Positions 48,473 to 56,079 of a stretch of 64,000 nucleotides of DNA are shown one piece after another. Numbering within the stretch: the first letter of the stretch is position 1; every line of letters begins with the position of its first letter. The stretch is from a virus: positions 1 to 64,000 of the IMG/VR virus record IMGVR_UViG_3300021356_000010; one strand, written 5' to 3'. The notes beneath the pieces are model-generated. The model made no database searches and was not told where the DNA came from. It worked only from the letters and a program-made list of their open reading frames with translations. The position numbers and the translations under genes are program-made.

Positions 48473-48587
48473 TATTCTGGTCTCCTCTCATAAATGCCTC
48501 AGCGGCGCGTGTCTCAAACTCATCACAGAACTTGTCGAAGTTTTCTAAGATACTATCGAAGTTCTCAAAGTCGGGTTTTTCAGTCAT
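48351..48587 (-). CDS. Small acidic protein overlapping the next gene by 122 nt
   Basis: First ORF after late promoter ATAAATA (48645-48651). Confidence 0.65.
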   Translation of the reverse strand: MTEKPDFENFDSILENFDKFCDEFETRAAEAFMRGDQNNGKVVRAATEKLGGETPSAVAEIGEPGAEGGELGETDDRV

Positions 48588-48644
48588 TTTTTTGCTGGGA
48601 AATTTTTTTCAATTTGAAGGTTTTGAAAAACCAATTTCGTAAAA

Positions 48645-48651
48645 TATTTAT
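48645..48651 (-). promoter_or_regulatory. Late promoter ATAAATA opening the structural region
   Basis: tatttat in the early/late intergenic gap. Confidence 0.6.
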
Positions 48652-48720
48652 CGATCGTCTGGATACTTTTGTAGGTTAGGGAAGTAGGGCATTTTTGAAA
48701 TCGCTTGGCGACCCTTAACT

Positions 48721-48750
48721 AACAAATAAGGGGGCAAATCACTGCCCCCT
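48721..48750 (-). terminator. Rho-independent terminator closing the early region
   Basis: 8-bp stem agggggca/tgccccct, 6-nt loop, followed by TATTTGTT on the minus strand. Confidence 0.8.
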
Positions 48751-48763
48751 CACTGTTACTCTG

Positions 48764-49009
48764 TCAGGCAGATGTGTCACAGAGTTCTTCTAACATTTCA
48801 TCCATTTCTTCACGGTCGATGCTGTCATCCTCCCAGTGCAATCCGTCTCCATTATAATCACCGAACACCTGCAGATAAGGGACGAGTTTATCATATCCAC
48901 TGTGACCATATACGCGGGCAGTTCTATACAGTGCCTCGTCATTATTGATCCACAGTGATGCACACCATGTCTCCCAATTTGCCCAACCGTTGTAGGTGTT
49001 GTCTGCCAT
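48764..49009 (-). CDS. Early hypothetical protein (YNGWANWETW family)
   Basis: YNGW.N.ETW...LWI.NDE.LY motif; own promoter at 49034-49092. Confidence 0.8.
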   Translation of the reverse strand: MADNTYNGWANWETWCASLWINNDEALYRTARVYGHSGYDKLVPYLQVFGDYNGDGLHWEDDSIDREEMDEMLEELCDTSA

Positions 49010-49033
49010 GTGTTGTGTGTTGTTGTTGTGTGT

Positions 49034-49092
49034 ATCCTAGTCGGTCAGTGGGTCAGTGGCGATCACTGATGTTCCAGTTGCCCCACTGTCCT
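49034..49092 (-). promoter_or_regulatory. Early promoter: AGGACA-N10-TGGAAC, 31 nt, TAGGAT
   Basis: Copy of the repeated palindrome + -10 element. Confidence 0.65.
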
Positions 49093-49271
49093 GAGGGTGC
49101 GGGGATGCGACCTTCTCGCACGTCCTTGCGGTATGCTGCCTCTCTGAGCATGTCCCTTTTAATGCTCTCCATGGCGGCAAAGATCACGGGGTCAGTCTCG
49201 CCCTTCTTAATGATGAACCCGTCGCGTACCTCGTAGCGGTCCTGCAGGTTGGTGGGAAGTTTGTTTGTCAT
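49053..49271 (-). CDS. Early hypothetical protein (leaderless)
   Basis: ATG 6 nt after TATAAT. Confidence 0.75.
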   Translation of the reverse strand: MTNKLPTNLQDRYEVRDGFIIKKGETDPVIFAAMESIKRDMLREAAYRKDVREGRIPAPSGQWGNWNISDRH

Positions 49272-49277
49272 GTGCCT

Positions 49278-49335
49278 ATTATAGAGGGTCTGTATAGGGA
49301 AGGGGTCAGGCAGAGACCACTTCGTCAGGCGTCAC
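49278..49335 (-). promoter_or_regulatory. Early promoter: GTGACG-N10-TGGTCT, 30 nt, TATAAT
   Basis: Copy of the repeated element. Confidence 0.7.
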
Positions 49336-49491
49336 ATTCAACCACTTGATCGGTTTGCCACTGGTGAGACGCCATACCGTAGCGGGTTCATCCATTGCAA
49401 GGGCGATCCGATACGCTCCGTTGATGGTGGGGGTGTAGTCTGCCCCCCACTCGTCAAAGTTGCCGAAGGCGGTGGGTTGAACTGCGAACAT
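49306..49491 (-). CDS. Early hypothetical protein
   Basis: 61-aa ORF directly after a promoter. Confidence 0.75.
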   Translation of the reverse strand: MFAVQPTAFGNFDEWGADYTPTINGAYRIALAMDEPATVWRLTSGKPIKWLNVTPDEVVSA

Positions 49492-49515
49492 GCTCAGCGT
49501 TGTGTGATTGATCTA

Positions 49516-49574
49516 ATTATAGAGGCAAGACCTTTGCCGATGGCGACATAGGTGGACAGTCTGCTCGCTGCACC
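49516..49574 (-). promoter_or_regulatory. Early promoter: GGTGCA-N10-TGTCCA, 31 nt, TATAAT
   Basis: Copy of the repeated element. Confidence 0.65.
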
Positions 49575-49623
49575 CTGACCAATGGTTGGCAGGTAAGGCA
49601 TGGTATAGTGGGACATGGTGTGA

Positions 49624-49965
49624 TCAGGCGAAGACGTAACCACTGCAGAAGTCTTCGGTCTGATATACATTTTTACCGTTGATTGCGCCCACAAACTTGC
49701 GAACGTACCATGCAAAGTCTTTCTGGAAGACACCCTCACCAACAATGCAGAATTCATCACACAATGCATTCAGTCGTGATTTGGTGGTGTTAGATTGCCA
49801 ACCACCATCAAAGATTGTGAGAGAGGTGTCATCAACCATGGCGATCTTGTTGCCGTGGAGATACACAAGGGACACACCATCCATGGTCACCACTTCAGTG
49901 TTGCCAGACTTCCAGTTCTTGTTTGCCTGGATAGCACGGCACATTTGCTGTTCGATCTTACGCAT
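49624..49965 (-). CDS. Early hypothetical protein (MRKIEQQM..., 113 aa)
   Basis: VYLHGNKIA, DGGWQSNTTKSRLNAL motif common in phage early genes; start corrected to lie after the promoter. Confidence 0.85.
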   Translation of the reverse strand: MRKIEQQMCRAIQANKNWKSGNTEVVTMDGVSLVYLHGNKIAMVDDTSLTIFDGGWQSNTTKSRLNALCDEFCIVGEGVFQKDFAWYVRKFVGAINGKNVYQTEDFCSGYVFA

Positions 49966-49994
49966 GAGAGTCGTTGGTTGTTTGACTTGTGTAT

Positions 49995-50052
49995 ACAATA
50001 CATGGGATGAGGCAGGGCACAACCGATGCTGTGCCACTTTGCTCACTGGTCA
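49995..50052 (-). promoter_or_regulatory. Early promoter: TGACCA-N10-TGGCAC, 30 nt, TATTGT
   Basis: Copy of the repeated element. Confidence 0.7.
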
Positions 50053-50228
50053 GCGAACATGCCGAAATGGGCATCGACCACGTAATCTATCACGTCATCC
50101 GTGGCAGACACGTTGAAACGATCGCAGAACCAATCGACGCACATCTCAGCGGGCATCATGGTATCGAACATGAAATCCTGCAGGTCCTGCAGGGTCTGTG
50201 GGTTGGAGAGAAGGGTTTTTGTTTTCAT
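50043..50228 (-). CDS. Early hypothetical protein (MKTKTLL..., 61 aa, leaderless)
   Basis: ATG 6 nt after TATAAT. Confidence 0.75.
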   Translation of the reverse strand: MKTKTLLSNPQTLQDLQDFMFDTMMPAEMCVDWFCDRFNVSATDDVIDYVVDAHFGMFADQ

Positions 50229-50234
50229 GCACCT

Positions 50235-50294
50235 ATTATAAGCACAGGGTCTAGACGAGTGGGGTCTGGTCTGTGCCACTAGGAAAGTTGGCAC
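50235..50294 (-). promoter_or_regulatory. Early promoter: perfect GTGCCA-N10-TGGCAC, 32 nt, TATAAT
   Basis: Best-matching copy of the repeated element. Confidence 0.8.
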
Positions 50295-50415
50295 ACACTG
50301 CATCACATAATGCTTCAATCAACCCATCACAATCGTCATCAATTCTTGACTCAATGATGCACTCAATGTCTTCCATTAATTGTTCCCGAGCAGTGAGCAT
50401 TTCAAGCATGTTCAT
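50251..50415 (-). CDS. Early hypothetical protein MNMLEMLTAREQLMEDIEC... (54 aa)
   Basis: Manual translation; fills the gap. Confidence 0.65.
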   Translation of the reverse strand: MNMLEMLTAREQLMEDIECIIESRIDDDCDGLIEALCDAVCANFPSGTDQTPLV

Positions 50416-50420
50416 TGTTA

Positions 50421-50582
50421 TCAACCCCCGAACATATCGTCGAACAGTTGTTGAGCATTTTGCTCCAATTCTTCACGGTGTTCTTGTTCCCAACGCTTGT
50501 GATCTTCCATGCGTTGCTTTGCTTCCCATGGTGTCAATTGATCGAGCAAAAGTAATTCACCACGCAGTCCAGTTGTTAGCAT
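50421..50582 (-). CDS. Early hypothetical protein MLTTGLRGELLLLDQLTPW... (53 aa)
   Basis: Manual translation; follows the promoter at 50612-50668. Confidence 0.65.
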   Translation of the reverse strand: MLTTGLRGELLLLDQLTPWEAKQRMEDHKRWEQEHREELEQNAQQLFDDMFGG

Positions 50583-50611
50583 TGAAAAAGAAAAATCCCT
50601 CGAACATGTAT

Positions 50612-50668
50612 AGAATACACGATCAAGGGACGAATGGGAGATTAGTGTGCCACTTCAATAAGTGTCAT
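50612..50668 (-). promoter_or_regulatory. Early promoter: ATGACA-N10-TGGCAC, 29 nt, TATTCT
   Basis: Copy of the repeated element. Confidence 0.7.
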
Positions 50669-50813
50669 CATACTCATTGACTTCACGTTTAAATTTGGTA
50701 ACTTTCTTTTTAGTCTGTCTGCGAATATTCTTCACTTCATAACCAAAGTCTTCGAAATCATCATCGAATTGTTGATACTTACTGTCAGAAGACTGATTGT
50801 AACGTTTGCCCAT
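50655..50813 (-). CDS. Early hypothetical protein MGKRYNQSSDSKYQQF... (52 aa)
   Basis: Manual translation. Confidence 0.65.
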   Translation of the reverse strand: MGKRYNQSSDSKYQQFDDDFEDFGYEVKNIRRQTKKKVTKFKREVNEYDDTY

Positions 50814-50846
50814 GATTTGGTTGTGGTTTTAACTCAAACTGTGTGA

Positions 50847-51083
50847 TTATTTAGTTACAGCAACTAGTTCTTGTTGTTTGATACAAGAATTCAACAGTTT
50901 TCCGATTGATTCTTCGTTTTGTAGAGTTTTTGACACTTTATCATCGAATTCTTGTGTATTTTCACACTTAAACTCGTATTCTTTGTCAATATTACTATTA
51001 TACACTACATATACACTCTCTGTATTAACTTTTAGTGTATTAATAGCTGAACTATTAAGGTTTTCGTAGGTTTTCACAAACAT
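50847..51083 (-). CDS. KTSC-like small protein
   Basis: NSSAI....V.....V.Y......Y.F...........SIGK.LN..IK pattern. Confidence 0.6.
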   Translation of the reverse strand: MFVKTYENLNSSAINTLKVNTESVYVVYNSNIDKEYEFKCENTQEFDDKVSKTLQNEESIGKLLNSCIKQQELVAVTK

Positions 51084-51191
51084 TAAAAAGTTTAAAAAAG
51101 GAAAAAACTCAAAATCTTAAAAAAATGACTTTTTAAGATTTCTCAAAAACTCAAAAAACCCAAAAAGTGAGATTTCTGAATTCTTGAGTTT

Positions 51192-51249
51192 ATTATAAAC
51201 CCTTCTGAGGTGCCTGGGAGGGGTTCTGTGCCACTTTGAGACCTGTCAC
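51192..51249 (-). promoter_or_regulatory. Early promoter: GTGACA-N10-TGGCAC, 30 nt, TATAAT
   Basis: Copy of the repeated element. Confidence 0.8.
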
Positions 51250-51257
51250 ATGCTTTC

Positions 51258-51286
51258 TTGACTTTCGATAGGTTGCGTGCTAAGCC
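51258..51286 (+). promoter_or_regulatory. Possible divergent sigma70-like promoter TTGACT-N17-TAAGCC
   Basis: Good -35 and correct spacing; weak -10 with an upstream TG. Confidence 0.35.
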
Positions 51287-51391
51287 AACGTCTCTGGAGT
51301 GCCTTCTAGGTATCTTCAGAGTTACTCTAGAGCTCCTCCACTATATTTTTTTAACCATTTAGAAATATATTCACCGAGGGGGGAGAGTTGT

Positions 51392-51619
51392 TCAAAAACC
51401 CTGTGCCTGACTGACGCGCTTAGGTGTTGTATAGTCCAATACATTTACTTTCATACCTTTAGTGTTACCCTGTTGAAACCACCATGCCCTTAGTTGTTCA
51501 TATGAGTCAAATGTAGCACGTATCATAGGTCTATTTGCTTGTGGTCCAACAACTGAGTAATAGTGTCTATCATATGGTTCAGTTGATGTACAAGTAAATG
51601 ATTTAAGTGTTGGTGTCAT
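51392..51619 (-). CDS. Hypothetical cyanophage protein (FTCTS..PYDRH.Y)
   Basis: 75-aa ORF, coupled to the upstream gene. Confidence 0.75.
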   Translation of the reverse strand: MTPTLKSFTCTSTEPYDRHYYSVVGPQANRPMIRATFDSYEQLRAWWFQQGNTKGMKVNVLDYTTPKRVSQAQGF

Positions 51620-51966
51620 TAATCTACCTCTGATATGTCTAGGTTATTCTTTTTAATGATTGCATCACGTAAATGTTTATTGACCCATGTAATTGCTTCA
51701 CCACATTTATCACAACGTAATATACCAAAGTGAGACATTCTCTTTGGTCCTATTTCCCAACACTTATAATGATATACTAGAAAGAACTTATCATGTGCAC
51801 ACTGCTGACACTTATGGTAAGGAAGAAATCGAGGATGATATTTAAACAAAGGATCATTAGGAAGAGTAAATGATCCAACATGTTCAGTGAACTCATTAAC
51901 AAAGTAATGAGCATGTTTATTGATCTCTTCTTGTGTTAAGGATCTATTTGTGTGTTGGTTGATCAC
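51619..51966 (-). CDS. Hypothetical protein with CxxC...CxxC zinc ribbon
   Basis: CQQC and CDKC; start uncertain (listed start is a GTG). Confidence 0.6.
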   Translation of the reverse strand: MINQHTNRSLTQEEINKHAHYFVNEFTEHVGSFTLPNDPLFKYHPRFLPYHKCQQCAHDKFFLVYHYKCWEIGPKRMSHFGILRCDKCGEAITWVNKHLRDAIIKKNNLDISEVD

Positions 51967-52147
51967 GTTCTTTCTTCACTGTCTGATAGTATAGTTTATA
52001 GTATTTGTTCTTCATCTCTGTTAGTATAGCATTATCTTCATCAAATGCCATGTATTTTGTTAATTGGTATGATCCTTCTAGTTCTGATAGTAAGCGTAGT
52101 ATGTTAGTTGATGATGGTTTTAGTCCGCCATGTGAGTATTGTGACAT
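51944..52147 (-). CDS. Hypothetical cyanophage protein
   Basis: LRLLSELEGSYQL.KYM.F.ED motif. Confidence 0.75.
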   Translation of the reverse strand: MSQYSHGGLKPSSTNILRLLSELEGSYQLTKYMAFDEDNAILTEMKNKYYKLYYQTVKKERDQPTHK

Positions 52148-52740
52148 GATATGGATAGTCTATTGGTTGAATCACCGAACTCACCATGAAGGAAAATATT
52201 AAAGGAGATAGCGTATCTTACTTGATCTGATTGTGATTGTGGTGCTGAGTGTTCAATATGTGATGGGAATAGTAATAGTGTTCCTTCTTCTAGTTGAATA
52301 TCTAATGTTTTAGAGTTGTAAATGTTTGATTGATTAGTTGTTGGTATTACTGTTCCTGGTACAAATGATGGTATGAATGGTGATTGATGTAATGAGAGTA
52401 TGTTACCTGATTGTGGGGGGACTTGGATGTAATATATGCCAGTGAAGATAGAGTTAGCATGTGAGTGTTGTGGTAGATAGTCTCCCTTAGTGTGTTTATT
52501 ACACCAACTATTGATGATTTGGAACGATTGTTGTATTTGTAGTTCGTTGTGAATGTAATGGGAGATGTGTGGATCTAACTTATCTTCTAGTGTAGGAGTG
52601 ATTAGTTGTTGATTAGTAGAGATATAACCATTATTCCCTTCAGACCTATTGTATTGTGTATTGGTGACTAGATCTATCTCGTGTTGATCTACTGGTAAGT
52701 TAGTTTGATATAGGGGAGAAGAGAATAGTGGTATGATCAT
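52120..52740 (-). CDS. Putative 2OG-Fe(II) oxygenase (TIGR02466-like)
   Basis: LFSSPLY, SW.N....G.Y..QHSH.NS...G.YY, EG.LLLFPS...H, RY.ISFN. Confidence 0.85.
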   Translation of the reverse strand: MIIPLFSSPLYQTNLPVDQHEIDLVTNTQYNRSEGNNGYISTNQQLITPTLEDKLDPHISHYIHNELQIQQSFQIINSWCNKHTKGDYLPQHSHANSIFTGIYYIQVPPQSGNILSLHQSPFIPSFVPGTVIPTTNQSNIYNSKTLDIQLEEGTLLLFPSHIEHSAPQSQSDQVRYAISFNIFLHGEFGDSTNRLSISCHNTHMAD

Positions 52741-52902
52741 TTACATATGGTATCTAATCGATACAGTGTGACTAGGGCAATGATGAACTGTAGATATGGT
52801 AGCATGAATTGGATACGTTGTCTCACTTTGGTTTCTTGACTGCCCATGTCATTTCCATAGTAATAGTGAGTAGCAGAGTGAAGATGAGAATGAATGTGGT
52901 TG

Positions 52903-53046
52903 TCATTCTTGTGTATGTGCTAGTTTGAATAGTTCATCTAGGATTGGTGCTAACTCATAATATCGTGCGTTATTGAGATGTTGGAGAGCACGTTCTTGTT
53001 CTTTACGAACAATTGCCTCTACTTCTTGCCATTGACGTTGGTTCAT
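52903..53046 (-). CDS. Small hypothetical protein (MNQRQWQEVE..., 47 aa)
   Basis: ATGA overlap with the upstream gene. Confidence 0.6.
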   Translation of the reverse strand: MNQRQWQEVEAIVRKEQERALQHLNNARYYELAPILDELFKLAHTQE

Positions 53047-53282
53047 GTGAAGTGCGTTAGAGAGTGATAAACTGCTTCGATATGCATGTTTCCCTTTATG
53101 TATCCTGCTACTATGATTGATAGTCCGAAGGCGATACATGCCAGGAGTGATAAGATGAGGGGGATTGTTGGATTAGCTACCTGTGTATTGGTAACATTTG
53201 TACTTGTGGTCGTATCTATCGATGTATTTTTGGGCGTGTTCTGTGCAGCAGAACCAACATCGTTTTGATTCTGTGAGGTCAT
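53043..53282 (-). CDS. Small membrane protein
   Basis: One hydrophobic segment followed by AGY..GNMHI. Confidence 0.65.
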   Translation of the reverse strand: MTSQNQNDVGSAAQNTPKNTSIDTTTSTNVTNTQVANPTIPLILSLLACIAFGLSIIVAGYIKGNMHIEAVYHSLTHFT

Positions 53283-53340
53283 GTAAGAAGATAGGGAACG
53301 TCTCGATATAAGGGAAATACTCCTTCTTACGGGAGTTCAT
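53173..53340 (-). CDS. Small hypothetical protein (FP..L......K.CWF.C.EH..KYI.RY); frame open upstream to 53631
   Basis: Conserved-looking C-terminal motif; start uncertain. Confidence 0.6.
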   Translation of the reverse strand: MNSRKKEYFPYIETFPIFLHDLTESKRCWFCCTEHAQKYIDRYDHKYKCYQYTGS

Positions 53341-53671
53341 AACCTTCAATGGAAGAGGTTTCTTCGATCGACGCTTCGATGTAGTCGTCGTAGATCTCGT
53401 CGAATTCTTTACCTTCGCTTTCGCTGTTGAGGTAGTCTTCGATGTACGCTGCTTTGATTGCGTACCAGTCGTTAGTTTCGCTTGATTCTTCTTTAATGCT
53501 GTCTGTGTCTTTGATTTTAGTGAGGATGATTTGGTTGCCTTTGATACTCCACGCGAGTTCGTCCCCTTCTTTCCAGTCGAGATTTTGGAGGATGTAGTGC
53601 GGGATCTCGATGTAGAGGTCTTGCGTGTCATTATACTGTTGAACTTTAGTCTGAAATGTGTCCATTTTCAA
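53327..53671 (-). CDS. AbrB/MazE/SpoVT-like DNA-binding protein with acidic tail
   Basis: DLYIEIP..IL..L.WKEGD.L.W......IILTK. Confidence 0.7.
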   Translation of the reverse strand: MKMDTFQTKVQQYNDTQDLYIEIPHYILQNLDWKEGDELAWSIKGNQIILTKIKDTDSIKEESSETNDWYAIKAAYIEDYLNSESEGKEFDEIYDDYIEASIEETSSIEGYELP

Positions 53672-54323
53672 TCAACCACTTACGAGTGAGAGGAGTCGGT
53701 TCATAATCTGACCACATTGTGCCCGCAGCACAACTCTGAAGTGCTTTCATGGTCATGCCTTCAGTCTTTCCTGCCCATGATGCCTCTGCTTCCCAGGGTA
53801 CTGCGGAAGCAGGATATGTACGCTCTGCCATCACACGCCATACTGGTGGTACGCTCTCTTCAGGCATAATAATAGCAATCATCTTATTATTGATGCTACC
53901 CGCCATACAATCCTGTGCAGCGTGCCATCCTTCATGACGTACAACACTCATCAATACATGTGGGCGATACATGTATCTCTTGTTGAGATAAAAATGATTG
54001 CTCACTGTATGATATACACCACGATGACCAATAGGGAAATACTTGTCATCAGCAAGATATACATTGACACCAATGTTCTTGAAAGCAACCATGATTAAGT
54101 CAAACTCATCTTTGACTACACCCCAATCAGCATCAGGATATGCATTCATGAGATCCATTGATGAGTTGATTCGATCAACACCATCTGTACATTCTTTCAA
54201 TAGCATACAACCCATGGCATCCATGGTCTTGTATCCCTTGGTGATCTTATCCTCATTAGCAAGTGCTAGACCTGCTGATCCTAGACTAATTGCTGTCAGG
54301 ACTGATAGAATTGCTGCTTTCAT
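53646..54323 (-). CDS. Secreted HExxH zinc-metallopeptidase-like protein
   Basis: Signal peptide (..GLALA/); VVRHEGWHAAQDC; downstream E.EA. Confidence 0.75.
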   Translation of the reverse strand: MKAAILSVLTAISLGSAGLALANEDKITKGYKTMDAMGCMLLKECTDGVDRINSSMDLMNAYPDADWGVVKDEFDLIMVAFKNIGVNVYLADDKYFPIGHRGVYHTVSNHFYLNKRYMYRPHVLMSVVRHEGWHAAQDCMAGSINNKMIAIIMPEESVPPVWRVMAERTYPASAVPWEAEASWAGKTEGMTMKALQSCAAGTMWSDYEPTPLTRKWLIENGHISD

Positions 54324-54456
54324 GTTTAATTTGTGTCAAAAGGTCATCTGCTAACTTGTCCTCACCCTTGTTACATGCTTCCATGTATCGTATGATGAGG
54401 TCACGCATCTCATCACTGATCGGATGATCGTTCGTAGAAGAGTTCTTGGAGTTCAT
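54286..54456 (-). CDS. Small hypothetical protein (..ISDEMRDLIIRYMEAC..)
   Basis: Manual translation; fills the gap. Confidence 0.45.
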   Translation of the reverse strand: MNSKNSSTNDHPISDEMRDLIIRYMEACNKGEDKLADDLLTQIKHESSNSISPDSN

Positions 54457-54664
54457 GCTCATTGAAAAAGAATGTTGGTTCGTTTTCTAGTTGATTGGGG
54501 TCCATCCACTCATAGAACTCATCAGCGAGCGCCATGGCACTGTCAATATCATCATTAGACATGTGATGACGGAAACGATCTACGATGTAATCATAGATTG
54601 AATCACGTTGCTCAGACAAACGCTCAGTGATGGCAGTGTCGTCAGTGTAGTTGAAGGAGTTCAT
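54413..54664 (-). CDS. Early hypothetical protein
   Basis: ATGA overlap with the upstream gene. Confidence 0.75.
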   Translation of the reverse strand: MNSFNYTDDTAITERLSEQRDSIYDYIVDRFRHHMSNDDIDSAMALADEFYEWMDPNQLENEPTFFFNEHELQELFYERSSDQ

Positions 54665-54909
54665 AGTTTGTTGGCGAACAAGATGTTTTGCATGTGATCG
54701 TACTGGATGAATTCTACATCATCAGGGAGCAGAGAGACAGCAGCAGCGGCGAAATCGTTAGGAAACTTCTTGAATAAGCGCCAGAACTTCTGCACACCAT
54801 CATAATCTAGATCTTCATGCGGAAGCACACGGATCTCCCACTTGCCACGAGTGTATCTGTTAGGATATGGGTTGATAAACTCGCGGATGTGATCTTGTAA
54901 CAGATTCAT
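54661..54909 (-). CDS. Early hypothetical protein
   Basis: ATGA overlap with the upstream gene. Confidence 0.75.
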   Translation of the reverse strand: MNLLQDHIREFINPYPNRYTRGKWEIRVLPHEDLDYDGVQKFWRLFKKFPNDFAAAAVSLLPDDVEFIQYDHMQNILFANKL

Positions 54910-55133
54910 TTGACAAATACCTCACTGTTTTGTTCGATAGTAAGCTGCTGTGCTTGCTTCAAATAATAGCACATGTGTGCTACATACTCAACATCTTCTT
55001 CACAGGGATCAAAATCATAGGCGGCATCCCAATCAACAGTGCCATCAGTATTAACTGGCGCACCATAGAGATCATCACCATCGATTGCGTAAGCATTGCC
55101 ATCAGCGACGAGATAGAACTGAGGAGCAGACAT
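54906..55133 (-). CDS. Early hypothetical protein
   Basis: Follows a sigma70 promoter. Confidence 0.75.
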   Translation of the reverse strand: MSAPQFYLVADGNAYAIDGDDLYGAPVNTDGTVDWDAAYDFDPCEEDVEYVAHMCYYLKQAQQLTIEQNSEVFVK

Positions 55134-55155
55134 TAGAGGAAAAGCGTGGATTGAT

Positions 55156-55184
55156 AGTATAATATGTATGGGTCAGAGTGTCAA
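55156..55184 (-). promoter_or_regulatory. sigma70-type promoter TTGACA-N17-TATACT
   Basis: Near-perfect consensus. Confidence 0.85.
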
Positions 55185-55630
55185 GCGGTGTAGTATGCAT
55201 TCTTGTAGAGATAACCGCCAGACCAGTCACACTTCTCCAGAACAAACTCACGCTCAGTGATGATACGAAGATCGAAACGTGGTTCTTTCACAGGTGCTTT
55301 GAATGATGCTGCCTTGTGCAATTCACCAGTCTTGATGTTGATGAAGGCATGAACACTACGAGAACCACTCTCAGTCTCCATGATCACTTTGTGATACTTG
55401 CGACCAGTCTCATAATAGAACTTGTACATGCGCTCACCACTCTTGATCTCAGCGAGACGCTTTGCTTTGTACTCAGGATCGTTCTTGCTGAAGAAATTAG
55501 CACGGCGGATGCTATCTTCAATGAAGTCCTGCATCAGTGCCTCACACAGCATCTCAGTCCAGAGGAGAACGTTCTCTTGGATACGCTCGCGAGCGTCAGC
55601 GGTGGCAGCGAATTCAGCGAAAGTGGTCAT
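55181..55630 (-). CDS. Conserved phage early protein
   Basis: GRKYHKV......RSVHAF....TG...KAAS.KAP.K..R motif. Confidence 0.85.
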   Translation of the reverse strand: MTTFAEFAATADARERIQENVLLWTEMLCEALMQDFIEDSIRRANFFSKNDPEYKAKRLAEIKSGERMYKFYYETGRKYHKVIMETESGSRSVHAFINIKTGELHKAASFKAPVKEPRFDLRIITEREFVLEKCDWSGGYLYKNAYYTA

Positions 55631-55652
55631 GGTCTCTTGCGTTGATGAACTT

Positions 55653-55710
55653 AGTATAGGGTAGATCAGGCGTTGCGGATGTCACCTTGGACCACTACGT
55701 CAGCTGGCAC
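55653..55710 (-). promoter_or_regulatory. Early promoter: GTGCCA-N10-TGGTCC, 30 nt, TATACT
   Basis: Copy of the repeated element. Confidence 0.75.
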
Positions 55711-55914
55711 ACGAGAGACAGTATAGCGCGTGATCTGCTGGGAAAATGGACGCCATGCATCCACAGTCTCATTCACAATACGATTGTGCTGACGATCCAT
55801 GCCCTTAGCAGTGGTGCAGCGACCTGCCTTACGGAAGTAGATGATGGGTTGAACAGAGTCCTTGGTGTCGATCTCAACCTTGTAGAAGCAGTGCTTGACG
55901 ACTTGAACGGTCAT
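55666..55914 (-). CDS. Early hypothetical protein
   Basis: 82-aa ORF after a promoter. Confidence 0.75.
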   Translation of the reverse strand: MTVQVVKHCFYKVEIDTKDSVQPIIYFRKAGRCTTAKGMDRQHNRIVNETVDAWRPFSQQITRYTVSRVPADVVVQGDIRNA

Positions 55915-55940
55915 GAGTGGTGTCCCTTGCTGATGAACAT

Positions 55941-55998
55941 AGTATAGGGCTCAGTCGATCAGTTCCAATGCCTCCTGTGACAGTTCTTCCATTGGCAT
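55941..55998 (-). promoter_or_regulatory. Early promoter: ATGCCA-N10-TGTCAC, 30 nt, TATACT
   Basis: Copy of the repeated element. Confidence 0.75.
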
Positions 55999-56079
55999 GT
56001 CCTTGTCGATCTCGATCATGTCATACTCTTCTTCAATCTGCTCCAGGAGCCAGCGGTCGAGCATCACTTCTTCAATCAT
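55951..56079 (-). CDS. Small acidic protein (MIEEVMLDRW..., 42 aa)
   Basis: Start overlaps the upstream stop. Confidence 0.55.
   Translation of the reverse strand: MIEEVMLDRWLLEQIEEEYDMIEIDKDMPMEELSQEALELID

Noticed and set aside
48242-48587. Programmed frameshift joining the two overlapping small ORFs (GGAAAAG at the overlap)
   Set aside because: It would need +1/-2 rather than -1, and the second ORF has its own AGGAG RBS; independent overlapping genes are simpler
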